From: Escherichia coli
Lineage (GTDB): Bacteria; Pseudomonadota; Gammaproteobacteria; Enterobacterales; Enterobacteriaceae
Direction: 5' to 3' (one strand)
Assembly (NCBI RefSeq): GCF_003018235.1
Contig: NZ_CP027437.1
Length of the DNA stretch: 64,000 bases
Shown here: positions 44,767-55,691 of the stretch, in pieces
How positions within the stretch are numbered: the first letter of the stretch is position 1
Layout of the letters: each line of letters opens with the position of its first letter
Made by a program: the position numbers and the translations under genes
The notes under the pieces: model-generated
Told to the model about the DNA's origin: nothing
Database searches by the model: none
What the model saw: only the letters and a program-made list of their open reading frames with translations

Positions 44767-45215
44767 TGAATCAGTCGCTTACCCTTGCTTTTTTGATTGC
44801 CGCCGGGATTGGTCTGGTAGTCCAAAACACGCTGATGGTGCGCATCACTCAGACCTCCTCAACCATTCTCATCGCCATGTTGCTGAACTCTTTGGTAGGA
44901 ATTGTGCTGTTCGTTTCTATTTTATGGTTTAAACAAGGCATGGCGGGGTTTGGCGAACTGGTGTCCAGCGTGCGCTGGTGGACACTTATACCTGGCTTGC
45001 TGGGATCGTTTTTTGTCTTCGCCAGTATCAGCGGATATCAGAATGTGGGAGCGGCGACAACTATTGCGGTACTGGTCGCCAGCCAGCTGATTGGCGGTCT
45101 GGTGCTGGATATCTTCCGCAGCCATGGCGTACCACTACGGGCGTTGATCGGCCCAATTTGTGGCGCAATTTTACTTGTGGTTGGTGCCTGGCTGGTGGCC
45201 AGGCGCACATTTTAA
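44766..45215 (+). CDS. ydcZ: DMT-superfamily inner membrane protein (DUF606, 149 aa)
   Basis: Four predicted TM helices; K-12 synteny. Confidence 0.85.
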   Translation: MNQSLTLAFLIAAGIGLVVQNTLMVRITQTSSTILIAMLLNSLVGIVLFVSILWFKQGMAGFGELVSSVRWWTLIPGLLGSFFVFASISGYQNVGAATTIAVLVASQLIGGLVLDIFRSHGVPLRALIGPICGAILLVVGAWLVARRTF

Positions 45216-45449
45216 TCAGAGGATGGTGCCACCTTTGGTTAACTGTTTGTGGCGCGCTTCCATATCTTCTTTATGCTTGCGACCGTGATGGGCGATCGCT
45301 GTGCGCAGACGCTGCTGCTGGGTGTAGCGATCTTCCCGACTTAACTCCGCGTCATCGCTCAGGGCGATTAATAATTCGTTCATATGGGCAATGACGCTTT
45401 CTTCAATCGCGGCATCCACGCGCGCGATGACTTCATCCAGATGCGACAT
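45216..45449 (-). CDS. ydcY: Small conserved protein (77 aa)
   Basis: MSHLDEVIARVDAAIEESVIAHMNELL... Confidence 0.85.
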   Translation of the reverse strand: MSHLDEVIARVDAAIEESVIAHMNELLIALSDDAELSREDRYTQQQRLRTAIAHHGRKHKEDMEARHKQLTKGGTIL

Positions 45450-45534
45450 ACTTTCTCCTTAGCCTCTTGTGAAATTTATCGATTAATCCAAATGATATAA
45501 GTCTGCGTGGTGCCGTCAAGCCAGTGCGTAAGAT

Positions 45535-45708
45535 TTAAAACAGTGAAAACAACAGCGCCACCGGGAAACTCATCGGCCATGTTGCCCCCACCAGAAAGGC
45601 GCTTAAGAAACGGATGCGTTTCTTATCGTGAGAAAGAAACCAGGTGATAAGAAATGCGATTGCTGCCATAACCGCATAAAAAACAAGCATGTGTTGATAG
45701 AGAGACAT
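45535..45708 (-). CDS. ortT: Orphan membrane toxin OrtT (57 aa)
   Basis: ATG at 45708 (MSLYQHMLVFYAVMAAIAFLITWFLSHDKKRIRFLSAFLVGATWPMSFPVALLFSLF). Confidence 0.85.
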   Translation of the reverse strand: MSLYQHMLVFYAVMAAIAFLITWFLSHDKKRIRFLSAFLVGATWPMSFPVALLFSLF

Positions 45709-45902
45709 GTACGGGCGTCCAGCCAGATGAATAAAACGCGCGCAAATATGCGTCATTTTTTGACGTACATCAAGTTTTTTAACCGGTTTGAGAAAAAAAC
45801 ATCAAACAGCAACTTGCCCTTATCCATCTTCAGAATGAGTATTATTGCGGATTTTCTTAACCCGTACTATACACATAGGGGCAATGATAAAAGGTGGCAA
45901 AA

Positions 45903-45998
45903 ATGAATGTTTCCAGTAGAACTGTAGTACTGATAAATGTCTTTGCTGCTGTTGGTTTGTTTACTCTTATCTCTATGAGATTTGGCTGGTTTATTTGA
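45903..45998 (+). CDS. yncL: Small membrane protein YncL (31 aa)
   Basis: MNVSSRTVVLINVFAAVGLFTLISMRFGWFI; below the 60-aa cutoff of the ORF track, found by direct reading. Confidence 0.7.
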   Translation: MNVSSRTVVLINVFAAVGLFTLISMRFGWFI

Positions 45999-46399
45999 TG
46001 TAGTGATTTTGCACGCAGCACGTACTGTCAGAGAAATCAGTGCTCTGACAGTACGCAAGATCATCTCATACTCTCCAGGTTTACAACATTATCCTTAATA
46101 TTTACTTCTTTTTGCTGACATCTACATTGAAATAAGTAGAAAACATCCCCCTACTGCCGTCTATACAGACAGCTTACTGATTCAAAGGGAACCTTGTTTT
46201 CACATTTTGCTATCATCAATACTTTAGACGCGCGGGAGTCTATAAATGCTTTATACTTTCAGGGAATAAAGTAAATATAAAAAGATGGCGTAAATTATAT
46301 GCATGGCAGGATGATTGCGACCTCCTTGATGACGCTGTCCCATTGAAATTGCAAACCCCGCACTGGTTATCTTGCCCATTTATCATGCAGAACAGACAA

Positions 46400-47209
46400 T
46401 TATAGGTCTCTGAATATCTCAGAAAGATTGAATTTTTTATAGTCCATCTCTTGAATATTTCCATTTGATATCAATCGATTCATCTCTTCAACAAAATAAT
46501 TTATATCATCACATTTGTTATTATCCGGAAGATATGAGTAATTATAATTCCACCACTTTATTCTCAACAATTCATCAATAACATTTGAATCAAATCTAAA
46601 TCTGATTATTTTTGCAGGAACTCCAGCAACTATGGCATATGGGGGCACATCTTTGGTAACAACAGAATTGGCAGCAATAACAGCACCATCACCTATTGCG
46701 ATGCCACCTTTCAATACAACATCATTTCCTATCCAGACATCATTTCCTATAATCGGATTTTCAGGTTTGGTAATGAATGGTTTCAATGTCCAGCTACGTT
46801 CAAACTCACTCTTAGCAAACTTATCAAATTCACCGTTATAAGTCATCATGTGAGTAGTAAAACGATTCAAAGGATGATTTCCACCCATTATTTTTACATT
46901 TGATGCAATACTACAAAATCGACCTATATGTATATTCCCTGTAAAATGACAGGTCGGGAATGAAAAAGCGCCGACACTGGAGAAATTTTTTACAGGCATT
47001 GTTGAATATTCTTCAGCAATAACATTATCTTCAATTGTTATCTTGTCACCTTTTGAGAAAAGAAATAAATTCCTTTCTTTATACGACTTCTTCCCCTTAT
47101 GATTTAAAAAGATTTTATTATCCATACAAAACTCAAAGTGTTTTTTCGTCCACCTGAAGGTAAGGGTTTTATTTTTATCTTCCGTGAATTTATACAATTG
47201 AACTTTCAT
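46400..47209 (-). CDS. XAT-family hexapeptide-repeat acetyltransferase (Vat/CatB-like, 269 aa), very AT-rich
   Basis: C-terminal ...NPIIGNDVWIGNDVVLKGGIAIGDGAVIAANSVVTKDVPPYAIVAGVPAKIIRFRF...LLRIKWWNY resembles type-B chloramphenicol and streptogramin A acetyltransferases; ~60-aa N-terminal extension. Confidence 0.8.
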   Translation of the reverse strand: MKVQLYKFTEDKNKTLTFRWTKKHFEFCMDNKIFLNHKGKKSYKERNLFLFSKGDKITIEDNVIAEEYSTMPVKNFSSVGAFSFPTCHFTGNIHIGRFCSIASNVKIMGGNHPLNRFTTHMMTYNGEFDKFAKSEFERSWTLKPFITKPENPIIGNDVWIGNDVVLKGGIAIGDGAVIAANSVVTKDVPPYAIVAGVPAKIIRFRFDSNVIDELLRIKWWNYNYSYLPDNNKCDDINYFVEEMNRLISNGNIQEMDYKKFNLSEIFRDL

Positions 47210-47431
47210 TGTTATTACTTCTACTTATAAATTATTAGGTTAATAACGATACTCTAAAGCCTTATGCGAATCAACTATGACAGGATGAAAAATCACCAAC
47301 ATACATTTAGATCATAATAACTGCCTAATTTTTCCGCTAGTTATTAATGTAATCATTCTGATACTTAATCACCATTACACTCAGAACCTAAAACGATAGT
47401 GGCCGCCCTATAACAGCCACTAACATTTAAC

Positions 47432-48856
47432 TTAATGTTTAACCATGACGTGGCGGACGACGGTGTAATCCTCCAGCCCATAAAGTGACATATCCTTGCC
47501 GTAACCAGAAAGTTTCTGCCCACCGTGCGGCATTTCACTTACCAGCATGAAATGGGTATTGACCCAGGTACAACCATATTGCAGCCGTGCGCTGACGCGA
47601 TGCGCCCTGCCCACATCTTTCGTCCATACCGAAGATGCAAGTCCGTACTGGCTGTCATTCGCCCAGTTTACCACCTGTTCTTCGTTGTCGAAGAGTGTAA
47701 CACTCACTACTGGACCAAATACCTCTTTTTGCACGATGGCATCGTCCTGTAATGCGCCAGCCAGCAGCGTCGGCGCATAGTAATAGCCATTACCCTTGCG
47801 CTTTTCACCGCCAGTGATCACTTTGATGTGCCCTGTCGCTTTCGCCTCTTCTACTGCCTTGCTGACGCGTTCGAGATGCGCCAGCGAGCTTAAAGGTCCA
47901 AGCTCCGTAGACTCGTCATCCGGCGCACCAGATTTTAACGTTGCCACCGCAGCACCCAGTTTTTCCACCAGCGTATCGTAAATGCCTTTTTGCGCGTAGA
48001 TCCGACAAGCCGCTGTACAATCCTGTCCGGCATTGTAATAGCCAAATGTACGTACACCTTCGACCACTGCTTCAATATCCGCATCATCAAAAACAATCAC
48101 TGGCGCTTTGCCACCAAGTTCCATATGAGTACGCTTAATGGACGGCGCAGTATGGCTGATGATGTGTTCCCCAGTGGCGATAGAGCCCGTCAGCGACACC
48201 ATCCGCACTTTAGGATGTCCGGTCAGCGGATCGCCCACCGTTTTGCCTCTGCCAAACAGTACGTTAATCACGCCTGCCGGGAAGATATCTTTCGCCAGCT
48301 CTGCCAACTTCAACGCTGTCAGCGGGGTAATTTCTGATGGTTTAAGCACTACGCAGTTCCCTGCCGCCAGCGCCGGAGCCAGTTTCCACGCAGCCATCAT
48401 CAGCGGATAATTCCACGGTGCGATAGAAGCCACGACCCCCAACGGATCGCGACGGATCATCGAAGTATGACCTTCAAGATATTCACCTGCCGCCAGACCA
48501 TTCAGACAGCGCGCCGCACCAGCGAAAAAGCGAAAGACATCAACAATCGCCGGGATTTCATCATTGAACGCACTATGCAGCGGTTTGCCACAGTTACGGG
48601 ACTCCAGTTCGGCTAAAACCTGACCATTTTCTTCGATAACATCAGCCAGTTTCAGCAGGCATTCCGCACGCGCTTTCGGCGTGGTTTGCCCCCATTCGGC
48701 AAATGCTGCATCTGCCGCGCGCACAGCAGCATCGACCTGCTCTGCGGATGCCTCGGCAATCTCCAGTAAAACGTCCCCCGTTGCCGGATTATAAACAGGC
48801 TGTTTTTCCCCTTCGCCGCTAACCAGTTCTCCGTTAATCAGTAACTTATGTTGCAT
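47432..48856 (-). CDS. patD: Gamma-aminobutyraldehyde dehydrogenase (474 aa)
   Basis: Aldehyde dehydrogenase family with catalytic Cys/Glu motifs; [30 protein letters not shown]... Confidence 0.92.
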   Translation of the reverse strand: MQHKLLINGELVSGEGEKQPVYNPATGDVLLEIAEASAEQVDAAVRAADAAFAEWGQTTPKARAECLLKLADVIEENGQVLAELESRNCGKPLHSAFNDEIPAIVDVFRFFAGAARCLNGLAAGEYLEGHTSMIRRDPLGVVASIAPWNYPLMMAAWKLAPALAAGNCVVLKPSEITPLTALKLAELAKDIFPAGVINVLFGRGKTVGDPLTGHPKVRMVSLTGSIATGEHIISHTAPSIKRTHMELGGKAPVIVFDDADIEAVVEGVRTFGYYNAGQDCTAACRIYAQKGIYDTLVEKLGAAVATLKSGAPDDESTELGPLSSLAHLERVSKAVEEAKATGHIKVITGGEKRKGNGYYYAPTLLAGALQDDAIVQKEVFGPVVSVTLFDNEEQVVNWANDSQYGLASSVWTKDVGRAHRVSARLQYGCTWVNTHFMLVSEMPHGGQKLSGYGKDMSLYGLEDYTVVRHVMVKH

Positions 48857-48877
48857 AGCATATTCCTGTATCAGTGG

Positions 48878-49672
48878 TTATTGACCATTGTCGCCTTCGC
48901 GGGTTAGCCACCAGGCCCCCAGGATCGGCAAGGTTGTTACCAACATAACCAGCAGTGCCACCACGTTGGTTACCGGTACATCACGCGGTCGCCCAAGCTG
49001 ATTGAGCAACCACAACGGTAACGTTCGTTCATGACCTGCCGTAAAGGTCGTCACGATGATTTCATCGAACGACAAGGCAAACGCCAGCATTCCTCCTGCC
49101 AGTAGCGCCGAACTGAGATTCGGCAACACTACGTAGCGGAAGGTTTGCCAGCCATTGGCCCCAAGATCCATTGACGCCTCAACCAGACTCCACGAGGTGC
49201 GGCGAAAACGGGCGATGACATTGTTAAACACCACCACTACGCAAAAAGTCGCATGGCCGACCACGATGGTGAAAAATCCCGGCTCCAGATTGATGGTTTT
49301 AAAGGCGGTTAATAGCGCCAGACCAGTGACAATGCCCGGCAGCGCAATGGGCAGCAGCAGTAACAGCGAAATGGCATTTTTGCCGAAAAAGTCTCGTCGC
49401 CACAGCGCAGCAGCGGCCAGCGTCCCTAACACCAGCGCCATTAATGTCGCCAGCGCCGCCACTTTAAGTGACAGTGTCACGGCATCAAGAATATCACTAC
49501 GCTGTGCTGCCACGCTAAACCAGCGCAGCGTCAGGCCCTGCGGTGGAAAACTAAACGCCGCATCTTCAGTGTTAAACGCATAGGCGGCGATAATCAGGAT
49601 GGGAAAATGTAGGAAAACCACGCCGCCCCAGGCCGCCAGTTTGAGGAAAAACGGTGCGCGTTCAGAGTGCAT
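48878..49672 (-). CDS. ydcV: ABC transporter permease
   Basis: PotC-like permease with EAA loop. Confidence 0.88.
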   Translation of the reverse strand: MHSERAPFFLKLAAWGGVVFLHFPILIIAAYAFNTEDAAFSFPPQGLTLRWFSVAAQRSDILDAVTLSLKVAALATLMALVLGTLAAAALWRRDFFGKNAISLLLLLPIALPGIVTGLALLTAFKTINLEPGFFTIVVGHATFCVVVVFNNVIARFRRTSWSLVEASMDLGANGWQTFRYVVLPNLSSALLAGGMLAFALSFDEIIVTTFTAGHERTLPLWLLNQLGRPRDVPVTNVVALLVMLVTTLPILGAWWLTREGDNGQ

Positions 49673-50603
49673 CGAACGCTCCCAGACGTTTCACGAACGC
49701 CAGGTACAGTGCGATGAGAACAATCGGCACCAGGGTGAATGCCGCCGCCATCGGCATATTGCCAATCGCTCCCTGCTGGGAATAAACCATATTGCCGATA
49801 AAATATCCTGGCGGGCCAACCAGCTGCGGAACAATAAAATCGCCCAGTGTGAGTGAAAAGGTAAAGATAGAGCCAGCGGCAATACCAGGGATTGCCAGCG
49901 GCAGCACCACATAGCGAAAGGTTTGCCGTGGACGCGCGCCAAGATCAGCCGACGCCTGCAACAATGACGGCGGCAAACGCTCAAGCGCCGCCTGCACGGG
50001 CAGGATCATGAACGGCAGCCAGATATAGAGAAACACCAGAAAGCGCCCCAGCCCGGAAGTTGACAGCGTATTGCCGCCCACCGCAGGTAATGTAAGGAAC
50101 GCAGTCAGCAGTGGTTCCAGCCCAAGATGTTGTAAAAACCACTGAGCCACGCCATCTTTTGCCAGCAATAACGTCCAGGCATAGGCTTTAACAATGTAGC
50201 TCGCCCACATCGGCAACATTACCGCAATATAAAAAAACGCTTTCATTTTCCCGCTGGTATAGCGCGCCATATACCACGCCATTGGAAAAGCCAGAATGGC
50301 GCTGGCGATAGTGACTGCCACAGCCATAGTCAGCGTGCGGAGAATGATGTCGTAATTCGCCGGATTAAACAGCGCACGGATATTCGCCAGCGTCAGTTCC
50401 GGCGTTACCGACATGGTGAAATCGTCAAAGGTATAAAATCCCTGCCATAACAGTGTCAGCAGCGAGCCGAAATAGACAATGCCAAACCACATTAGCGGGC
50501 CAAGCAGCAGTAAAAACAGCCCCAGCCCCGGATTACGCCAGAAGAAACCGGACACCTTACCCAGACCTGGACGTGAAGGTGATTGCAATACATTCATCGC
50601 CAT
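49662..50603 (-). CDS. ydcU: ABC transporter permease
   Basis: PotB-like permease; overlaps ydcV start. Confidence 0.88.
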   Translation of the reverse strand: MAMNVLQSPSRPGLGKVSGFFWRNPGLGLFLLLLGPLMWFGIVYFGSLLTLLWQGFYTFDDFTMSVTPELTLANIRALFNPANYDIILRTLTMAVAVTIASAILAFPMAWYMARYTSGKMKAFFYIAVMLPMWASYIVKAYAWTLLLAKDGVAQWFLQHLGLEPLLTAFLTLPAVGGNTLSTSGLGRFLVFLYIWLPFMILPVQAALERLPPSLLQASADLGARPRQTFRYVVLPLAIPGIAAGSIFTFSLTLGDFIVPQLVGPPGYFIGNMVYSQQGAIGNMPMAAAFTLVPIVLIALYLAFVKRLGAFDAL

Positions 50604-51617
50604 TCACCTCTCCTCAACCAGCGGCACCATCACATCACGCGACCAGGAAACCATCACCTGTTGTCCGGGCGTGAGCGTGGCAGGCAGTTCTTCGCCTGTC
50701 ATATTGGCCTGACTCACCAGCAGTTTTTCACCGCCGTTCAGTCTCAGTTCAAAACGAGTTGCCGCTCCCTGATATTGCACTGCCTGGATCGTGCCATTAG
50801 CCTGCACTTCGCCGGGGGTGTTGAAGCGGATATGTTCCGGTCGCAGGGCGAAGCTTCCCGTCATGCCACAAAGTTTCTCTGCCATCAGTCCATCAAAAAC
50901 ATTCGATGTACCAACGAACCCGGCAACAAACGGCGTGCGCGGGCGCATATAGAGATCGCGCGGGGAATCGACCTGCTCAATGCGTCCATTATTGAAAACC
51001 GCAACACGATCAGACATCGATAACGCTTCGCCCTGATCGTGGGTAACGAAGATAAAAGTGATACCGAGAGACTGTTGCAGCTTTTTTAGTTCCAGTTGCA
51101 TCTGCTCACGCAATTTGAGATCCAGTGCGCCGAGCGGTTCATCCAACAGCAATACGCGCGGTTCATTCACCAGTGCTCTGGCGATGGCGACTCGCTGGCG
51201 CTGACCACCAGAAAGTTGTGACGGTTTGCGTTGCTGAACAAAACCCAGCGCCACTTTCTCCAGCGCCTCTTGCGCCATCGCATGCCGCTGTTTTTTATTC
51301 ACGCCTTTGACCATCAGACCATAGGCGACGTTGTCAAGAATCGACATATGCGGAAATAGTGCGTAGTCCTGGAAGACAGTATTCACGTCCCGCTCCCACG
51401 GTGGCAGATTGCTGGCGGGTTTACCAAAGATAGAGATAGCCCCGCCGGAAAGCTGTTCGAAGCCAGCAATCAGGCGCAGGCAGGTGGTTTTGCCGGAGCC
51501 GGACGGCCCCAGCATAGAGAAGAACTCACCATCTTTTATCGCAATACTGACGCCATCTACTGCGCGAACGTCACCGTACAACCGCGAGACGTTGTCAAAC
51601 TCCACTGCGTACGTCAT
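50604..51617 (-). CDS. ydcT: ABC transporter ATP-binding protein
   Basis: Walker A GPSGSGKTT, signature LSGGQRQR, Walker B LLLDEP. Confidence 0.9.
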   Translation of the reverse strand: MTYAVEFDNVSRLYGDVRAVDGVSIAIKDGEFFSMLGPSGSGKTTCLRLIAGFEQLSGGAISIFGKPASNLPPWERDVNTVFQDYALFPHMSILDNVAYGLMVKGVNKKQRHAMAQEALEKVALGFVQQRKPSQLSGGQRQRVAIARALVNEPRVLLLDEPLGALDLKLREQMQLELKKLQQSLGITFIFVTHDQGEALSMSDRVAVFNNGRIEQVDSPRDLYMRPRTPFVAGFVGTSNVFDGLMAEKLCGMTGSFALRPEHIRFNTPGEVQANGTIQAVQYQGAATRFELRLNGGEKLLVSQANMTGEELPATLTPGQQVMVSWSRDVMVPLVEER

Positions 51618-51634
51618 AAAACACCCCAGCGAAG

Positions 51635-52780
51635 TTAGCGACCGCCCATAATGGCAATGTAATCCTGCGTCCAGCGACTGTAGGGAACAAACTTGCCCCC
51701 TTCTGCTATAGGCGTTTTCCAGAAGGCGATTTTATCGAAATAGTTAAAACCGTTGGTTTCACAACCTTTTTCGCCTAATAACGGACTGGCTTTACACCCT
51801 TCCGGCACTACCGGTAACGAGCCAAACCAGGCCGCCACATCGCCCTGCACTTTTGGCGTTAATGACCAGTTCATCCATTTGTAGGCGCAAACCGGATGTT
51901 TCGCTTCACTATGTAGCATGGTGGTGTCAGCCCAACCGGTAACGCCCTCTTTCGGGAATACGGTCGCGACAGGCTGGCCTTCGGCTTTCAGGGCGTTGGC
52001 CTGATAGGGCCATGCACTGGAAGCAACCACACCCTCGTTTTTGAAATCGCTCATTTGCACGGTAGTGTCATGCCAGTAGCGATGGATCAAACTATGTTGA
52101 TCGCGCAGCACTTTCAGCACCGCCTGGTACTGTTCTTCGGTGAGTTGATACGGATCGCTGATGCCCAACTGCGGCTGAATGGCTTTAACGAACAACGCAG
52201 CGTCCGCAATGTAGATAGGGCCATCATAAGCCTGAACGCGGCCTTTATTGCTCTTGCCGTCCGGCAGATTCTGCTCAACAAAAACCACTTGCCAGCTATC
52301 CGGCGGCGTCGGGAAGGTTTTAGTGTTGTACATCAGCAGGTTCGGTCCCCATTGGTAAGGTGTGCCGTAAACTTTGCCGCCAACGTTAAACCAGTCGCCT
52401 TTAACCACGCGCGGATCGAGCGCTTTCCAGTTGGGAATCAAGGCGGTATTAATCGGCTGCACGCGTTTGCCCATAATCAAACGCAGCGAGGCATCGCCAG
52501 ATGCCGTAACCAGATCGTAACCCCCTTTGGTCATCAGACTGACCATTTCATCGGAAGTCGCGGCGGTTTTCACATTCACCGCGCAGCCTGTCTCTTTTTC
52601 GAATTGCGTTACCCAGTCGTATTGTTTATCAGTTTGTCCGCGTTCGATGTATCCCGGCCAGGCGATAATATCCAGTCGCCCTTCCGGTTTATCTAAATTG
52701 GTAGGCGGTTCGGCGGCGTGAGCGGTCATTATTGTCATGGTGAGCGCACACAGGCTGCTGCGGGCAAATGTCTTGCTCAT
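51635..52780 (-). CDS. ydcS: Periplasmic substrate-binding protein (PotD/PotF-like)
   Basis: Signal peptide; solute-binding fold; first gene of ydcSTUV. Confidence 0.88.
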   Translation of the reverse strand: MSKTFARSSLCALTMTIMTAHAAEPPTNLDKPEGRLDIIAWPGYIERGQTDKQYDWVTQFEKETGCAVNVKTAATSDEMVSLMTKGGYDLVTASGDASLRLIMGKRVQPINTALIPNWKALDPRVVKGDWFNVGGKVYGTPYQWGPNLLMYNTKTFPTPPDSWQVVFVEQNLPDGKSNKGRVQAYDGPIYIADAALFVKAIQPQLGISDPYQLTEEQYQAVLKVLRDQHSLIHRYWHDTTVQMSDFKNEGVVASSAWPYQANALKAEGQPVATVFPKEGVTGWADTTMLHSEAKHPVCAYKWMNWSLTPKVQGDVAAWFGSLPVVPEGCKASPLLGEKGCETNGFNYFDKIAFWKTPIAEGGKFVPYSRWTQDYIAIMGGR

Positions 52781-53024
52781 AAGGTCTTACTCCTGTCGTA
52801 ATTAATTGTTCAGCCGCCGTGCCGTAAAAATATCTCCTTGTTTAACCATAGACGGCGGCTTGCAGGCACACCTTCGCCCCTGAGAAAATTTAATCAGGTT
52901 GTGAGCTACCGCGCATTATGCCGTCTGTAAGGTTATCTTCTGGAGTATAGACAAGGAGTTAGGAAATATGACTGCTATTCGAAATTCATATTACTTAACC
53001 TGAGAGGAATTAAATTAAACGCTA

Positions 53025-54431
53025 TTACAGTCGTTCTTGAATAAGTTTGCCTAATTGTTTAACCGCCTGTTCTTCGCGCTCGCCCCACTGCCACGCGGTA
53101 TTAAAACGGAAAAAACGTGACCAGTTTTCACCGGTAGAAAACATTTTACCCGGCGCAATACTGATATGATGCGCCAGTGCCGCCAGGCTTAATTCGCCCG
53201 CATCTAACGGTTCGGGAAGCTCCAGCCAGAGAAAATAACCGCTGTCATTATGATGAATTTTCACTTCCGCAGGCAGATAACGCAGCAGTGCTTGCCAGGC
53301 ACGTTGTTTACGTTCCGCAAGCTGGCGACGCAGGCGACGAAGATGGGCGTCGTATCGGCGCGTGGAAAGGTAATCCACCAGAGCAAGCTGCATCGGTGAG
53401 CTGGTGGAAAGCGTACTCATCAACTGCAAGCGTTGAATTTTACGTGCATGTTTTCCGGCGGCGACCCAACCAATACGAAAACCAGGCACCAGACATTTCG
53501 AAAACGAAGAGCAATGCAAAACACCATCGTGGTGATCCCACGCTTTCGCAGGCAGCGGTTTTTCCCGTCCAAAATAAAGTTCGCTGTAAACGTCATCTTC
53601 AATCAGCGTTACGTTGTACTGATTGAGCAACGCTACCAGCCGCGCTTTTTTCTGCGGCGTTAAGGTAAATCCGAGTGGATTCTGGCTATTAGTCATCAGC
53701 CAGCACGCTTTCACCGGATACTCCTGCAACGCCAGTTCCAGCGCCTTGAGATCAATCCCTTCTTTAACGTCCGTCGCCACCGATAACGCCTTCAGCCGTA
53801 ACCGCTCCAGCGCCTGCAACGCGCCGTAGAAACAAGGATTCTCTACTATCACCCAATCGCCCGGTTCAGTGACCGCTTGTAAACTGAGGTTTAATGCCTC
53901 TAACGCCCCGGCGGTAATGACAATTTCATCAGGAGAAATAGTGATGCCCTGTAAGGCATAGCGACGAGCAATAGCCTGACGCAGTTCTGCGTTTCCTGGC
54001 GGTAAGTTTTCAATCACGCTCATCGCCGTGGCGGTTTTGCTTACCTGCGCCAGCGAGCGGTTTAGTTGTTGGAGGGGGAAAAGTCGCGGGTCGGGAAAGG
54101 CCGAGGCAAACGGAACTACCGACGGATCGCGACTGGCCTGCAACATATCAAAAATATAGGTGTTGATATCGACTGCTTCATCTCGAGTGACAGGAATGAC
54201 TGGCGCTTTCGGCATTTTTATTGCCTGTGGCGCAACGTAATAACCCGATTGCGGTCGAGCGATAATATGTCCCTGACTTTCGAGCAACTGATAGGCATGG
54301 CTGACAGTCATAAAGCTCATGCCAGAAAGCGCCACCTGGTCACGCAACGAAGGCAAACGATCGCCAGGTTGCCAGATACCCGACGCAATCTGCTCGCGTA
54401 ATTGTTCTGCAAGCTGCTGGTATTTTTTCAT
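53025..54431 (-). CDS. ydcR: MocR/GntR-family regulator with aminotransferase-like domain (468 aa)
   Basis: N-terminal wHTH plus class-I aminotransferase fold. Confidence 0.88.
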   Translation of the reverse strand: MKKYQQLAEQLREQIASGIWQPGDRLPSLRDQVALSGMSFMTVSHAYQLLESQGHIIARPQSGYYVAPQAIKMPKAPVIPVTRDEAVDINTYIFDMLQASRDPSVVPFASAFPDPRLFPLQQLNRSLAQVSKTATAMSVIENLPPGNAELRQAIARRYALQGITISPDEIVITAGALEALNLSLQAVTEPGDWVIVENPCFYGALQALERLRLKALSVATDVKEGIDLKALELALQEYPVKACWLMTNSQNPLGFTLTPQKKARLVALLNQYNVTLIEDDVYSELYFGREKPLPAKAWDHHDGVLHCSSFSKCLVPGFRIGWVAAGKHARKIQRLQLMSTLSTSSPMQLALVDYLSTRRYDAHLRRLRRQLAERKQRAWQALLRYLPAEVKIHHNDSGYFLWLELPEPLDAGELSLAALAHHISIAPGKMFSTGENWSRFFRFNTAWQWGEREEQAVKQLGKLIQERL

Positions 54432-54509
54432 TATCGAATCGTAATTATGTGCAGATGATTCGGTAGTCTATATCAGTTGTTAAAAATGACAACTTTTCGT
54501 TAACTGTAA

Positions 54510-54926
<417 letters not shown>

Positions 54927-54971
54927 AATTTCGACTGTCTCTCGCATGTCATTAACCTTTTTAATTGGCGA

Positions 54972-55148
54972 TTAACTCAAACCGAGTTGCTTCAGGATTG
55001 CTTTACGCAATGGTTCTTTTATCTCATCACTGGGGTGACGCGGCATGACACTGCGTCGCCCTTGAAACCTGAGTTTCAAATGGTTGCTGCCATTCGCCAC
55101 ATCGACGCCCTGAGATTCGAGCCAACGTCTGAACTCGCTTTGTTTCAC
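54972..55148 (-). CDS. hicA: HicA mRNA-interferase toxin (58 aa, GTG start)
   Basis: Found by direct reading: VKQSEFRRWLESQGVDVANGSNHLKLRFQGRRSVMPRHPSDEIKEPLRKAILKQLGLS; below ORF-track cutoff. Confidence 0.85.
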   Translation of the reverse strand: MKQSEFRRWLESQGVDVANGSNHLKLRFQGRRSVMPRHPSDEIKEPLRKAILKQLGLS

Positions 55149-55369
55149 ATCGCCTCCCTGCCGCTGAGTATATCAACAAAGTAAACATTAGTGTTTACCT
55201 ATGTGTGTAATTTGCTCGAAAATAGCACTAAATCGCCGCAATGGCAGAATGCAATGCAAAATCAGGAAGGAAGATTCCATAATTTCTTTGCGCTAATTTG
55301 CAAAACTGAATAATAACCTCAAGAAACGATCGGCATCATAGCGGCAAAAGGTAAGAAAAAGGTGGCAGG

Positions 55370-55600
55370 ATGTTTACGAAGGCATTATCGGTTGTCTTAT
55401 TAACGTGTGCGCTATTCTCAGGACAACTCATGGCAGGGCACAAAGGACATGAATTTGTGTGGGTAAAGAATGTGGATCATCAGCTGCGTCATGAAGCGGA
55501 CAGCGATGAATTGCGTGCTGTGGCGGAAGAGTCGGCGGAAGGTTTGCGCGAGCATTTTTACTGGCAAAAATCGCGCAAACCAGAAGCGGGACAACGTTGA
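55370..55600 (+). CDS. yncJ: Small secreted protein (DUF2554, 76 aa)
   Basis: Signal peptide MFTKALSVVLLTCALFSGQLMA; K-12 synteny. Confidence 0.8.
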   Translation: MFTKALSVVLLTCALFSGQLMAGHKGHEFVWVKNVDHQLRHEADSDELRAVAEESAEGLREHFYWQKSRKPEAGQR

Positions 55601-55610
55601 GTCATTTATT

Positions 55611-55640
55611 GCCGGATGCGGCGTGACGCCTTACCCGGCC
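55611..55640. repeat. REP palindromic unit
   Basis: gccggatgcggcgtgacgccttacccggcc matches the REP consensus. Confidence 0.7.
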
Positions 55641-55691
55641 AACAATATCATGCAGATTCAATAAGTTGTGAGTAACCAGAAAACTGGCGTT

